DNA of 64,000 nucleotides from Bacteroidota bacterium (GCA_020052095.1 JAGVPT010000096.1:8571-72570), one strand, 5' to 3'. Positions 53,040 to 63,211 are shown, numbered from the stretch's first letter. Numbers and translations are program-made. Notes: generated by a model from the letters alone, not told the origin.

Positions 53040-53875
53040 TGGGCATTTTTGGTTGAGAGTCCTGGGGATACCTTTGGCGCAACTTTCGCGTTGGCGACAT
53101 CTTCCTCCACTTCCGATTTCAATGATTCGATCTCATTTTTCAGATCACTCGCCGGATATTTTTGGAGAAAAAGATGTATCGCGTCCAGTGCGCCGGCGTA
53201 ATCGCGCCGTTCATGCATCGCGCGAGCTTTTCCAAGCAACGCATCGTCCGCAAATTCCGAATCGTGAAACCGCTCCATTACATTGTCGAAGTATGCGATG
53301 GCGGCTTTGTAGTATTCAAGCCGGTAGTACAGTCTACCGTTCTCGAGTTCTTTTTTTGCCAATTTGTTGATTAACTCCGCGATCTTTGTCGCTGCATCTT
53401 TCGCCAGCGTATCGGCCGGCGAATACTCGATATACGTTTGAAAGTCGTCGATCGCTTCGCGTGTATATTTTTGGTCAAGGTCCGGCTTCGGGGAGAGGTT
53501 GTAACCCGACATTGCTTTCATATACCGCGCCTTCGGTACTACTGGGCTTGATGGCATTGTCCGAACGAGCAGGTCATATTCCGCTCCCGCGAGAATGTAT
53601 TCGCCGCGAAGATAACGGCATTCCGCGATATTGAACTGCGCATCGTCTGCAACCGCGCTTCCCGGAAACTGAACGGTCACGATCTTAAAATCTTCTATTG
53701 CGTCGAGATAATCCCCTTCTTTGAATTTATTCATCGCCAGGGCGAAGCGTTCTTCGACGGACAGCGACTCTACTTCCTTGCTGGAACTGCAACAGATGAA
53801 AACGAGGGCACTTGCGATGCAGAGGAGGGTTACTGAAAGTTGTTTCTTCAATTGAGATAACCTTTTGTTGTCCAT
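53036..53875 (-). CDS. bamD: Outer membrane protein assembly factor BamD
   Basis: Lipobox VFICCSS and TPR-like repeats (FKEGDYLDAIEDF, FNIAECRYLRGEYILA, YYKAAIAYFDNV). The ORF opens at 53980 but that part overlaps capA. Confidence 0.8.
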   Translation of the reverse strand: MDNKRLSQLKKQLSVTLLCIASALVFICCSSSKEVESLSVEERFALAMNKFKEGDYLDAIEDFKIVTVQFPGSAVADDAQFNIAECRYLRGEYILAGAEYDLLVRTMPSSPVVPKARYMKAMSGYNLSPKPDLDQKYTREAIDDFQTYIEYSPADTLAKDAATKIAELINKLAKKELENGRLYYRLEYYKAAIAYFDNVMERFHDSEFADDALLGKARAMHERRDYAGALDAIHLFLQKYPASDLKNEIESLKSEVEEDVANAKVAPKVSPGLSTKNAQ

Positions 53876-54918
53876 GTGATTGGAATATTCGATAACGATT
53901 GTACTCGGTGTTGCAATTGCCATGCGATCGTCGAATCCGACAGCAAGGATGGCTGATAGCCGGCACGCAGTGGGATACATTCTACTGAGGCAACCGTTGT
54001 TGTGGTGTCGTTCTTTTCAAATCTGAGTTCGGCGCACACACTAACCTGGGTCCAGAAAAGTTGCGGCTGATAAAAAACAAAATTGCCGAGCGAATGAAAA
54101 ATATAACATCCATTTATCGCCTGGATTCCATATGGCACATGAGGATGATGTCCCAAAAAGACTTTCGTTCCTTGACGGACGCATTCTTCAGCAAATTTTT
54201 TGACCCTCGACGTGGGTTCATCGCCGTATTCTTCGCCGCCGTGGAAGCTCATCACCACGACATCAACTAAAAATGCAGCTTCGCGAAGCGCTGGAAAAAG
54301 CTTTCCCGTGTCGACCACCGCAACAAAATCATGCCACCCGCTTTTGAAATTCATCAAATCGGTCACGGCAAATATCGCAAAGCGAATTCCTCCCCGCTCA
54401 AAGATGAGGGGTTGGTAAAGATTTTCCACCGAGCGTGCCGTTCCAACATGTGCAATACCTTCATCATCCAAATGGTCGAGGGTCTCGAGGAGCGCATCTT
54501 TGCCGTAATCGAATGCGTGGTTATTTGCCGTCGATACATGGGTGAATCCAAAACTCGCAAGAGCTTTCGCTCCGTTTGGCGGCCCGGTGAAAATCATATT
54601 GTGGCGGGGATCTTGCGTTTCATCGCCCTGGTCGGAAAGCTGGCTTTCCAGATTGCCAAATACAATATCGACGGAGTTTGCCTTCAGGAAAATCTTCTGA
54701 AAAGGATAATCAATTTCGTTATTCAATATTTTTTGTCCTACCGCCCTCCCCAAGTTCACATCGCCGAACACCAACATCGTGGCGGCATGCCGCCACTGGC
54801 GCCGATCATTCCTCCCCCCGGAATCCATTCCGCTCTTGCTCGCGTTCGTTCCCCTGGTCAGCATAAACGAGAGAATGAAACAAGCAAAGACTCCAACAAA
54901 CGAGAGGAACTTTCTCAA
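53848..54918 (-). CDS. CapA/PGA_cap family metallophosphatase-like protein
   Basis: 356 aa. VFGDVNLGR, FGNLESQLS, STANNHAFDYG, SFHGGEEY, GHHPHV. Confidence 0.8.
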   Translation of the reverse strand: MRKFLSFVGVFACFILSFMLTRGTNASKSGMDSGGRNDRRQWRHAATMLVFGDVNLGRAVGQKILNNEIDYPFQKIFLKANSVDIVFGNLESQLSDQGDETQDPRHNMIFTGPPNGAKALASFGFTHVSTANNHAFDYGKDALLETLDHLDDEGIAHVGTARSVENLYQPLIFERGGIRFAIFAVTDLMNFKSGWHDFVAVVDTGKLFPALREAAFLVDVVVMSFHGGEEYGDEPTSRVKKFAEECVRQGTKVFLGHHPHVPYGIQAINGCYIFHSLGNFVFYQPQLFWTQVSVCAELRFEKNDTTTTVASVECIPLRAGYQPSLLSDSTIAWQLQHRVQSLSNIPITWTTKGYLN

Positions 54919-54942
54919 CAGGCCTTTTCTCCTAATTTCCCG

Positions 54943-55569
54943 TCAACTTCGAATGGTAAAGAACAAGTAAACCGCCACTCCGGCCGCGCCCACAATGATG
55001 AACGGCTCAATGAATTTCTCCATCGCAGAACGCTGCGGCATCACTCCTTTTGCGATTCGTTCGCTCGAGACTTGAAGATCCGGGATGTCTTCAACGTACA
55101 CGGTGTCGACGAATGAAGCGCCTTTCGACTTTGCCCAGAGAATTTTTCCATCCTCAAAACGCATCGCCGTCATTCGCAAACCGACGTCAATACGCCGTTC
55201 ACTCCTGCGAGCGGAGAGGAACCCGTCCGAAAAAGACTGCCCGTAGACAACAGAAACTCCACCGACAGATACAGAAATCTCAATGCCCGAGGCAGTCCTC
55301 CGTGTGAAGAGGGATGGAAACCTCTGCCGAAAGGATTCAGTGAGGGTTTGTGCGAAGAATCGATTGATTTCACCATCTTCAATCATCAATACGATCGTCG
55401 AGGTATCCGGTATCCGGGCCTCGGAGATCGAACTCGCGACTGCTTCCTGGCACACTTGACGGAGGATGTCGGCATTCGACTTCTTCTCAGCAGCACAGAA
55501 CTGCCCCGCCGCTCCCGAAAGGAGAACCGTAAACAACACTATTGTCACGAACCGCAATGGTGAATTCAA
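54943..55569 (-). CDS. Hypothetical protein with N-terminal signal and C-terminal TM
   Basis: 208 aa. The TTG start overlaps the gdh stop. No motif recognised. Confidence 0.45.
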   Translation of the reverse strand: MNSPLRFVTIVLFTVLLSGAAGQFCAAEKKSNADILRQVCQEAVASSISEARIPDTSTIVLMIEDGEINRFFAQTLTESFRQRFPSLFTRRTASGIEISVSVGGVSVVYGQSFSDGFLSARRSERRIDVGLRMTAMRFEDGKILWAKSKGASFVDTVYVEDIPDLQVSSERIAKGVMPQRSAMEKFIEPFIIVGAAGVAVYLFFTIRS

Positions 55570-56858
55570 GCGTAAATTCCGCGAACCTTTAAAGTTTTGG
55601 CAACCTTGTCAATCGCCATTATGTACGCCCCGATCCGCAAAGATACTTTGTACAACTCTGCCGTCTCGTAGACGGAATTGAACGCTGCTGTCATCATTCG
55701 CTCAAGCCGACGATTGACACGGTCGAGGGACCAGAAATACCCAACTCGGTCCTGCACCCATTCAAAATACGAGACGGTAACTCCCCCCGCATTCGCGAGA
55801 ATATCGGGAATGACAATGATGCCCTTCTCCTTCAGGATCGGATCTGCCTTAGCGGTTGTGGGGCCGTTTGCACCCTCGGCGATAATCTTCGCTTTGATTT
55901 TCGGTGCATTACGCGCAGTGATCTGATCTTCCTTTGCAGCCGGCACTAATACGTCGCACTCAAGCTCCAACAATTCCGATTGCGTAATTTTCTCTGCGCC
56001 CGTAAACCCGCTCAATACTTTATGTGTTTTGACCCATTCGATCGCTTTCTCGACGTCGATTCCCTTCTTGCTGAAATATCCGCCGGTCACATCACCCAAG
56101 CCGACCACTTTGCATCCCTGCTGCTGAAGCAATTGCGCCGTCACTGAACCGACATTTCCAAACCCTTGCACAACAATGACAGTTTCTTTCGGTTTCAATT
56201 TAATTTTTTCCATCGCTCCGAGAGTGACCATCATGACCCCGCGTCCCGTGGCCTCGCGCCGGCCAAGTGAGCCGCCGATAATGAGTGGTTTGCCGGTGAC
56301 CACGCCCGTGGCCGTACGCTTCATGTGCATGCTGTACGTGTCCATGATCCATGCCATTACTTGTTCGTTCGTTCCCATATCGGGTGCGGGAATATCCTTG
56401 TCCTCGCCGAATATGTCGAGCATGTTTGCCGTGTATCGACGCGTAACTTTTTCTAATTCTACCGGAGTGAGTTTCGCCGGGTCGCATCGCACGCCGCCTT
56501 TCGCTCCGCCGAAAGGAATATTTACAACCGCGCACTTCCAGGTCATCCAGGCGGCAAGCGCCTTCACTTCGTTAATATTTACGTCAGGCGCAAATCGAAG
56601 GCCTCCCTTCGACGGTCCGAGGATATCGTTATGGATAACCCGGTATCCTTCGAAGACCTCGATTTCTCCGTTATCCATTTGGATGGGAATGGAGACAATT
56701 ATTTGCTTCACCGGAGTCTTCAGGTATTCATACACACCCTTTTCCAATCCGAGCATCTCAGCGGCGACGTCGAACCGTTCCATCATTGACTCAAAGGGAT
56801 TCTCTTTGTCTGTTATCGGCGCAGGTTCTTTGTAGTTGAGAAGTTCGTTTGGCTCCAT
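55566..56858 (-). CDS. gdhA: Glutamate dehydrogenase (Glu/Leu/Phe/Val dehydrogenase family)
   Basis: 430 aa. KGGLRFAPDVNINEVKALAAWMTWKCAVVNIPFGGAKGGV and the NAD(P) motif VVQGFGNVG. Confidence 0.95.
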   Translation of the reverse strand: MEPNELLNYKEPAPITDKENPFESMMERFDVAAEMLGLEKGVYEYLKTPVKQIIVSIPIQMDNGEIEVFEGYRVIHNDILGPSKGGLRFAPDVNINEVKALAAWMTWKCAVVNIPFGGAKGGVRCDPAKLTPVELEKVTRRYTANMLDIFGEDKDIPAPDMGTNEQVMAWIMDTYSMHMKRTATGVVTGKPLIIGGSLGRREATGRGVMMVTLGAMEKIKLKPKETVIVVQGFGNVGSVTAQLLQQQGCKVVGLGDVTGGYFSKKGIDVEKAIEWVKTHKVLSGFTGAEKITQSELLELECDVLVPAAKEDQITARNAPKIKAKIIAEGANGPTTAKADPILKEKGIIVIPDILANAGGVTVSYFEWVQDRVGYFWSLDRVNRRLERMMTAAFNSVYETAELYKVSLRIGAYIMAIDKVAKTLKVRGIYA

Positions 56859-56885
56859 ACAGTCTCCTTCGGTCAGTCCTTAGCT

Positions 56886-57743
56886 TCAGTGAATAGCGAT
56901 TTCTTCAAGGCGTGCGACACGTTCCTCAATAGGCGGATGCGTTGAGAATAATTTCATAATTCCGCCCCTTCGGAGCGGATTAACGATGAACAATTGAGCT
57001 GTTGCAGGGCCGGCATTTTGCATCGGGACAATTTCAGCGCCCCGTTCCAGCTTCTTCAACGCGCTTGATAAGCTGAGGGGCTTCCCGCTGATCGCGGCGC
57101 CTCCGGCATCGGCAGCGAATTCGCGGGAACGCGAGATCGCCAACTGCATTAACACTGCAGCGATCGGTGCAAGAATAAGGAGGGCCAATTCGGAAAATCC
57201 ATTACCCGAATCCCTGTCATCGCGCCGACCCCCGGAAAACATCATGGCCCATCCTGCCATGCGGGCAATGAAAGTGATCGTCCCCACCATTGTCGCCACA
57301 ATCGTCCCGGTAAGGATGTCCCGATGTTTGACGTGCGCTAGTTCGTGAGAGAGGACCCCCTCAAGCTCATCATCGGTTAACGCTCTCAAAATCCCCGACG
57401 TAACAGCGATTGCAGCATGGTCGGGATTTCGTCCCGTCGCGAATGCGTTTGGAGTTTCATTCTGCATAATGTACACTCGCGGCGGCGGAAGTTGGGCCTG
57501 CGTCGCCAGCCTGCGCACCATTTGAACCAGGCGCGGCTCTTCTGCCTCGGTCACTTCCTTTGCACGGTACATCATCAGTACCATCTTATCGGAGAACCAA
57601 TACATTCCGAAATTCATGGCAAGTGAAAAGAGAAATGCCATCACCAAGCCCTGCTCTCCGCCGAACGCTTGGCCGATGAGCAAGAGCAACAACATCATCA
57701 GCGTCATCAAGAAAACAGTTTTCATCATATTCATAACTTTCAA
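56886..57743 (-). CDS. htpX: Zinc metalloprotease HtpX
   Basis: 285 aa with 4 TMs, HELAHVKHRD and EFAAD. Confidence 0.9.
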   Translation of the reverse strand: MKVMNMMKTVFLMTLMMLLLLLIGQAFGGEQGLVMAFLFSLAMNFGMYWFSDKMVLMMYRAKEVTEAEEPRLVQMVRRLATQAQLPPPRVYIMQNETPNAFATGRNPDHAAIAVTSGILRALTDDELEGVLSHELAHVKHRDILTGTIVATMVGTITFIARMAGWAMMFSGGRRDDRDSGNGFSELALLILAPIAAVLMQLAISRSREFAADAGGAAISGKPLSLSSALKKLERGAEIVPMQNAGPATAQLFIVNPLRRGGIMKLFSTHPPIEERVARLEEIAIH

Positions 57744-57839
57744 CTCCTGGAAGAATTTGAATCAGTCTGAGCACAGATGGTTACGTATTCTCAGCCACCA
57801 AGGGGCAAAAATGTCGTTTAACAATTCCCGTAACTACTC

Positions 57840-58011
57840 AGCCACCAAGACACCAAGGCACAAAAAATTCATAGAAGAACCTCTTGATCCCCTTCTTTGA
57901 TAAGGGAGACATCAAATTTGAATGGTTTATGTCTCTCTTTCATACTTTGTGCCTTCGAGCCTTTGTGGCTATTCATATCTCCGAATCGACTGAGTAGTTA
58001 CTAATTCCCTT
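57840..58011. mobile_element. MITE-like inverted-repeat element (172 bp)
   Basis: Perfect 12-bp terminal inverted repeats gtaactactcag / ctgagtagttac. Imperfect sub-terminal arms (gccaccaagacaccaaggcacaaa vs tttgtgccttcgagcctttgtggc). The direct repeat aattccc sits at 57833-57839 and 58013-58019. Confidence 0.5.
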
Positions 58012-58122
58012 AATGCTGCACGTTTCCGGATAGAATCCATCATCCATCTTCGCGCCTTTGCGGCAACGTCGTTAGCGAAACGTGAGTCTGTAAGATAAAT
58101 GTAGGGAAAATTGGCGGGATTT

Positions 58123-58992
58123 TCAACCGACGTTCCGGCTTCGTCGTCTCCGGTCGCGGACACCTCGCAGCAGATCAATTGTCAATTCCAGGGAGTCGTC
58201 AACAAAATGCCTCGAAAGCCGTCTGGCACGGCGAATGGCCTCGTCATCCAGAGTGGCAAAAATGAGGTCTTCATCGAACAATTTCGCCGTCGCAAGTATT
58301 TCTCCGGATGGGCCTACCACCTCCGAACCACCCCAGAAGTTCACTCCATCCTCAATTCCGACTCTATTCGAGAAGACAACGTAGGAACTCAGCAAACGGG
58401 CGTATGTTTTATGATGCTCACTGTTGAGCACCGCGGATGGGAGCTGCTCGGCCGAACCCGTGATTCGTGTAGGACTTGCGGCAAGTGTGATGATGACGTT
58501 AGCTCCATCGCTCGTGAGAATATACGGAAGAGAAATATGCCACAGGTCCTCGCAAATAAGAATGCCAAGCTTGCCGTGCTTTGAGTTGAATGTGCGCGCC
58601 TCTTTTCCCTGGTTAAAGTAGCGCATTTCTTCAAACATCCCGTACGTCGGCGGATAGATCTTCCGATGACCGGAACAGACATTGCCATCTTCAAACACGA
58701 ATGCCGAATTGTAGAGTCCGAAATTCTCCGCTTCCTCCACACCGCCGGCAATAATCGTTATCGCCTTGCTCAACTTCGCCAGTTCTTTGAGTGCACCAGG
58801 ATTTTGGACGTTGATCGCAACGTCCCAATTCAAATCGCGCACCGAATATCCCGTGAGGCTCAATTCGGGAAACACCACAACATCTGCGTTCTTCGCGATC
58901 GCCTTCTTCACAAAGGAAACGTGGTGATCGATATTCTTCTTAAGGTTGCCGACGGCAGCGTCGATCTGCGCTACGGCTATTTTCATTTTCAT
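58123..58992 (-). CDS. Carbon-nitrogen hydrolase family protein (nitrilase/amidase superfamily)
   Basis: 289 aa. IAVAQID, VVFPELSLTGY and GILICEDLWH give the catalytic E-K-C pattern. Confidence 0.85.
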   Translation of the reverse strand: MKMKIAVAQIDAAVGNLKKNIDHHVSFVKKAIAKNADVVVFPELSLTGYSVRDLNWDVAINVQNPGALKELAKLSKAITIIAGGVEEAENFGLYNSAFVFEDGNVCSGHRKIYPPTYGMFEEMRYFNQGKEARTFNSKHGKLGILICEDLWHISLPYILTSDGANVIITLAASPTRITGSAEQLPSAVLNSEHHKTYARLLSSYVVFSNRVGIEDGVNFWGGSEVVGPSGEILATAKLFDEDLIFATLDDEAIRRARRLSRHFVDDSLELTIDLLRGVRDRRRRSRNVG

Positions 58993-59004
58993 GCGTGCGG
59001 TCGA

Positions 59005-59463
59005 TTAGCTAATTGATACGTCGTTTGTCAATTCGTTCGTGTCGTTCGCGTGCCGAGGGAACTCGCGGCTCAGCGTACTCCCGATTTCCTGTACGATCAT
59101 ACAGATGCCGTGACAAAAATTCTTTTCCTTGAAGTGTGAAGTCAATGATGCAGCAAGGTCAATCCAGTACTTGTCGCTTACCTTCTTGTTAATGCCTTCA
59201 TCGGCGACAATCTGGAACGCACGTTCGCTGAGTGAGAGAAACAACAGGACGCCGCTCTTCCCTTTCGTTTTGTCCATCCCGAGTTCGTAAAAATTCTTCA
59301 ATGCATACTTGTGCAGCGTCAGCGATCGTTCCTTCCACGCACGCCGCTTCCGAATGCTCACCCGGATTTCGCCGGAGGTCGTGCGTTCCGCCTCCGCAAT
59401 GGTGTCCGCGATTTTCTTGAGTTCCTGTTTTGTCAACAGCGATGCGTCGGGAAAAAAGCCCAT
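59005..59463 (-). CDS. TPM-domain protein
   Basis: 152 aa. IAEAERTTSGEIRV, GVLLFLSLSERAFQIVADEGI. Confidence 0.8.
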   Translation of the reverse strand: MGFFPDASLLTKQELKKIADTIAEAERTTSGEIRVSIRKRRAWKERSLTLHKYALKNFYELGMDKTKGKSGVLLFLSLSERAFQIVADEGINKKVSDKYWIDLAASLTSHFKEKNFCHGICMIVQEIGSTLSREFPRHANDTNELTNDVSIS

Positions 59464-59474
59464 ACATTCCTCGA

Positions 59475-60149
59475 TTAGCCGGATATATCAATCATCCGGA
59501 TGTTTTTGATGTACTGTACAGTCTTATCTTCTTTTAACGATTTCAGTTTGCTGAGCTTGAGCTGCATGCGTTCGACATTTTCGTTAATGATGCGGAGATA
59601 CATTTTCATGTCGGCTGCGACCTGGCTCCGCATCAATTCATCGACGTTTCTCTTCATCGCATCCAGGGGCGTCACGAGTTCTTGACTGATGCCGAGAACA
59701 AGCTCCTGAATGGCTTCGATGCGCTTGCTGCTGATCTCAAGGGAGGAAAGTTGTTGCCGTAGACGCACGCGATCCAGCACGCTGACAATCGTCCTGGGGA
59801 GAACGGGAGTCGAGATCTCATCTTTGACGAGAAAATCTTCGACGCCGAGTTTCATCGTCTCGACGGCAAGGTCAAAGTCTCGATTCACAGTGATGAACAC
59901 AACCGGGGTCGTGATTCCCTTTTCGATGAGTGATCGTGTTACCTCGACACCGTTCATGCCGGGAAGATTGTAGTCCATGAGGATGATATGAAAGTCCGAA
60001 TTCGTCTCAAGCTCCACCAGTCCCTCTTCCCCACTCTTCTTCCACACCATCTGAAACACATACTCCGGATGCTGGGACAAATACAAGTCGACCAGTTTGC
60101 CGAAATCGTCGTTATCCTCGATCATCAAAATCCTGATGGTATCTTTCAT
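59475..60149 (-). CDS. Response regulator: receiver plus degenerate HisKA-like (His to Gln) helical domain
   Basis: The receiver has an acidic pocket (IEDNDD) and D59 (IILMDYNLPGMNG). C-terminal residues 140-205 match the HisKA pattern, but the H-box reads GISQELVTPL. Confidence 0.85.
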   Translation of the reverse strand: MKDTIRILMIEDNDDFGKLVDLYLSQHPEYVFQMVWKKSGEEGLVELETNSDFHIILMDYNLPGMNGVEVTRSLIEKGITTPVVFITVNRDFDLAVETMKLGVEDFLVKDEISTPVLPRTIVSVLDRVRLRQQLSSLEISSKRIEAIQELVLGISQELVTPLDAMKRNVDELMRSQVAADMKMYLRIINENVERMQLKLSKLKSLKEDKTVQYIKNIRMIDISG

Positions 60150-60164
60150 TCCGTGCGGCTCCGT

Positions 60165-60593
60165 TTACCGCGGCAAAAGAGCAATTGTCGCCCAGTATTC
60201 GATAATGCGATGTGCCGTAGTCTCAAAATCGTCAAAAATGACTGCCTTGTTCAAAAACGTATTTGCACCGTGGCGGTACGCCTCATGCACATCCTCGGGG
60301 CGGTTTGAGCTGCTCAACATGAGTACGGGAATATGCCGCAGGTGAGATTCTCGCCGTATGAATTTCAACAATTCCATTCCACTCACTTTCGGCAGATTCA
60401 GGTCCATCAAAATGATATCCGGTAGCGGGGAGGCCGATCGGGTTCCGAGCGATTTCATCACGGCCTCTGCGTCTTCGGCGTGCGATACATCAATGCCGCT
60501 GTGCACTTTCCCAATTATCCAACGAAGAATATTGACGTGATCTTTATTGTCTTCGACTAACAAAACCGATAAAGGCTTATAGATTGAATCCAT
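60165..60593 (-). CDS. Single-domain response regulator
   Basis: 142 aa. LLVEDNKDH, IILMDLNLPKVSG, MLSSS and a conserved K region. Confidence 0.85.
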   Translation of the reverse strand: MDSIYKPLSVLLVEDNKDHVNILRWIIGKVHSGIDVSHAEDAEAVMKSLGTRSASPLPDIILMDLNLPKVSGMELLKFIRRESHLRHIPVLMLSSSNRPEDVHEAYRHGANTFLNKAVIFDDFETTAHRIIEYWATIALLPR

Positions 60594-60623
60594 TCATGCC
60601 GTTCAATTTAATGTATCACGCGC

Positions 60624-63197
60624 TCATTTAGGAAGGGAGAAATAGAACGTCGTCCCTTTTCCGGTATCCGATTCCAACCAAATTTGACCTTGGTATAACT
60701 CAATAATTTTCTTCACGATCGCCAATCCGGCACCGCTGCCTTCGTATTCCGGATTCAGGCATTGAAAGATAATAAATATCTTGTCAAAAAACCGTTTCTC
60801 GATGCCGATCCCATTGTCTTGAATGGAGCAGAGAATCCGTCTCTCGCTTTCTTCCATTAAGATATTGATGAACGGATGTTCACTCTGGTTGAATTTTATT
60901 GCATTCGATATGAGATTACGGAACACCAATTTTATTTGCGTTGGATTGCAATAATAGGATGGATACTGCCCCGGAGTCGTTATTGAGATGTGCTTCTCCT
61001 GCAACGAAAATCTCAAATCGTCCAGAACCTCGTTCAAGACATCATTCAACGAAACAGTTTCCATTAACTCCGAGAGACGGGAGACGCGCGATAGCGTGAG
61101 AAGGTCGTCGATAAGGTCTTTCATTCTCGCGCACGATTGAATGATAGAATGAATGTACTCCGAGGCAGCGCTGTTCTTCTCCTGAATATGTTCCTTGAGG
61201 AGGATGCGGCTGTACCCTTCGACAGTGATAAGCGGCTCCTTTAAGTCGTGCGATACCACGTACGTGAAATCGTCCAATTCTTTATTTCGGTTTTGAAGCT
61301 GGAGCGATTTTGAAATAGTCTCCTCGTACAATTTTGCTTTCTCTAACGCAATGGCTGCAAGGTTTCCAAAACTCTCAAGCAAATGCACATGGGTCTCGCT
61401 GTATACATTCGCGGTATAGCTTTGAATCGACAGCACGCCAATGATCTTGTCTTTTGAGAACATCGGAATGTACAACAATGACATCGACCGCCGTTCCTTA
61501 TCGCCGAAGGGATGTTCCAGACCGGCATGTTCACCTTCCTTTCGGAATTCAAGAAGAGACTTTCGTGCCGCAATCACTTTGGAAATGCCGGTTCCCGGCT
61601 TCAAAGACGCCGCAACGGATTCCGACGGAATTCTCGCGCGGACGTTGTTCACCAGATCGTAACAGATGATGTTTCGCACGGAGCCTGTTGCTTCATCATA
61701 CAGATCGATGTAGAAAGAATCGAAGGGAAGAACTTGAACGAGATGCCGGTGGACTGCTTCGGAAATTTCATTGATCCTCAGAAGAGATGTTAAGGTGCGG
61801 CTCAATTCGTACAGAACACGTAGCTGGTCGAACTGCAGACGATTCTGTTCTTCGAGCCCCTTTCTACTCGTAATGTCCCGCGCCATATTCATCATCGCGA
61901 CAGGCCGACCGAGAGCGTTGTAGAGTAGCGTGGTGTTCATGCTGACGGAAGTGACTTTCCCTTCCGTGTGCTTCCAATGAATATCGAAATCACGCAGGCT
62001 TTTCTTCTCACGGAGCTCCTTTATCCACAAGACATACCGCGACATTTCTTCATCCAGCAGCCATGCGTACGGGAACTCTTTTCCAAGGGCGTCCACTTTT
62101 TTGATGCCCGTGAGCCTTTCGAACTCGCTATTCACCTGGAGCACCTTGCCCTCAAGATTCGTAACGACGAGAGCGTCTCCGACCGTCAGTATGCCGTCAA
62201 TGACGTTGCGAAACATCTGTTCCGAATGCTGCAACTCCTTTTCGATTGCTTTGCGGAGTGTAACATCCCGAAGGACAGCAACGACCGCCGGCTGACCACC
62301 GTGGTGGATCACGTTAACCACCACCTCGACGTCAAAGACAGTCCCGTTTTTTCTAATCCCCTTATACTCATACCGGCTGGGCACCTGCTTCCCGCTAAAA
62401 CGATTTCTGCTTCTCTCCAGCACACGATCACGGTCTTCGGGTGCAACAATGGCTTTGATATTCTTGCCGATGAGCTCTTCAACGCTCGTATAGCCGAATA
62501 GTTTTCTGAGGCCATCGTTGATATAGAGTATCTTCAAATCGCGGACGACCGCAACTCCGTCCGTCATATTGTCAAACAATAATTGGAGCGCTGGCCCATT
62601 GTCCATCCCTCCTGTGCGTTTCTTCACCACTTCAAGAAGAAGGGCGAATTGATGCGCAGCTTTTTCGCAAAATAGCGCAAGGTATTCCTTGTCATCAGGA
62701 ATCGGTGCGCCGATGTATTCCACAACACCGACCACTTCCTTGTGGACAATCACAGGAATGTGTATAATCATCGAATCGACAAGGCGAGATTTTCCGATTG
62801 TTGTAGCAGGAAGTCCGGCCTTCTCGCGGGGTGTGCAGATGTGAACTCTTTTGCTCCGCACCGCCGAACGCACATGGGAAGCGGCGAGACTCGCCTTCAC
62901 CGCAAAGATTCTTAATTTATCGGGATATGACACGTCGCCGAGCAGGGAGACCGTTTTGTTCTCCACCCGATAGATTGCACCCGCCGGCGCATCGATGAAC
63001 CTGGAAGTCCGCGAAAGAAAGGTATGGAGAGTGTGCAGGAGGGGTTTTTCAGAATGAAAATCTTCGAGGGCAGCACCGGTCAACCTTTCAAAAAAAGCGT
63101 GCACTCTTTTCAGCCGAGAAATGTCACCCCTCGATGCTGTGTTCTGAACGGCCGATGGTGATTTCTTCGTATGTTTGGAAGACCGCGATGATGGCAT
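60624..63197 (-). CDS. Multi-domain sensor histidine kinase (GAF-PAS-PAS-GAF-HisKA-HATPase)
   Basis: 857 aa. PAS-like blocks (LFDNMTDGVAVV, FRNVIDGILTV), H-box FTYVVSHDLKEPL and an ATPase domain (ISNAIKF, DNGIGI, GSGAGLAIVKKI). Confidence 0.9.
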   Translation of the reverse strand: MPSSRSSKHTKKSPSAVQNTASRGDISRLKRVHAFFERLTGAALEDFHSEKPLLHTLHTFLSRTSRFIDAPAGAIYRVENKTVSLLGDVSYPDKLRIFAVKASLAASHVRSAVRSKRVHICTPREKAGLPATTIGKSRLVDSMIIHIPVIVHKEVVGVVEYIGAPIPDDKEYLALFCEKAAHQFALLLEVVKKRTGGMDNGPALQLLFDNMTDGVAVVRDLKILYINDGLRKLFGYTSVEELIGKNIKAIVAPEDRDRVLERSRNRFSGKQVPSRYEYKGIRKNGTVFDVEVVVNVIHHGGQPAVVAVLRDVTLRKAIEKELQHSEQMFRNVIDGILTVGDALVVTNLEGKVLQVNSEFERLTGIKKVDALGKEFPYAWLLDEEMSRYVLWIKELREKKSLRDFDIHWKHTEGKVTSVSMNTTLLYNALGRPVAMMNMARDITSRKGLEEQNRLQFDQLRVLYELSRTLTSLLRINEISEAVHRHLVQVLPFDSFYIDLYDEATGSVRNIICYDLVNNVRARIPSESVAASLKPGTGISKVIAARKSLLEFRKEGEHAGLEHPFGDKERRSMSLLYIPMFSKDKIIGVLSIQSYTANVYSETHVHLLESFGNLAAIALEKAKLYEETISKSLQLQNRNKELDDFTYVVSHDLKEPLITVEGYSRILLKEHIQEKNSAASEYIHSIIQSCARMKDLIDDLLTLSRVSRLSELMETVSLNDVLNEVLDDLRFSLQEKHISITTPGQYPSYYCNPTQIKLVFRNLISNAIKFNQSEHPFINILMEESERRILCSIQDNGIGIEKRFFDKIFIIFQCLNPEYEGSGAGLAIVKKIIELYQGQIWLESDTGKGTTFYFSLPK

Positions 63198-63211
63198 ACC
63201 GAGAATTTGAA

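Noticed and set aside
54331-55116. 261-aa plus-strand ORF (and 56176-56835, 219 aa)
   Set aside because: These are antisense to capA and gdhA respectively, both of which have strong family signatures. The translations are Arg/Ser/Pro-rich shadows.
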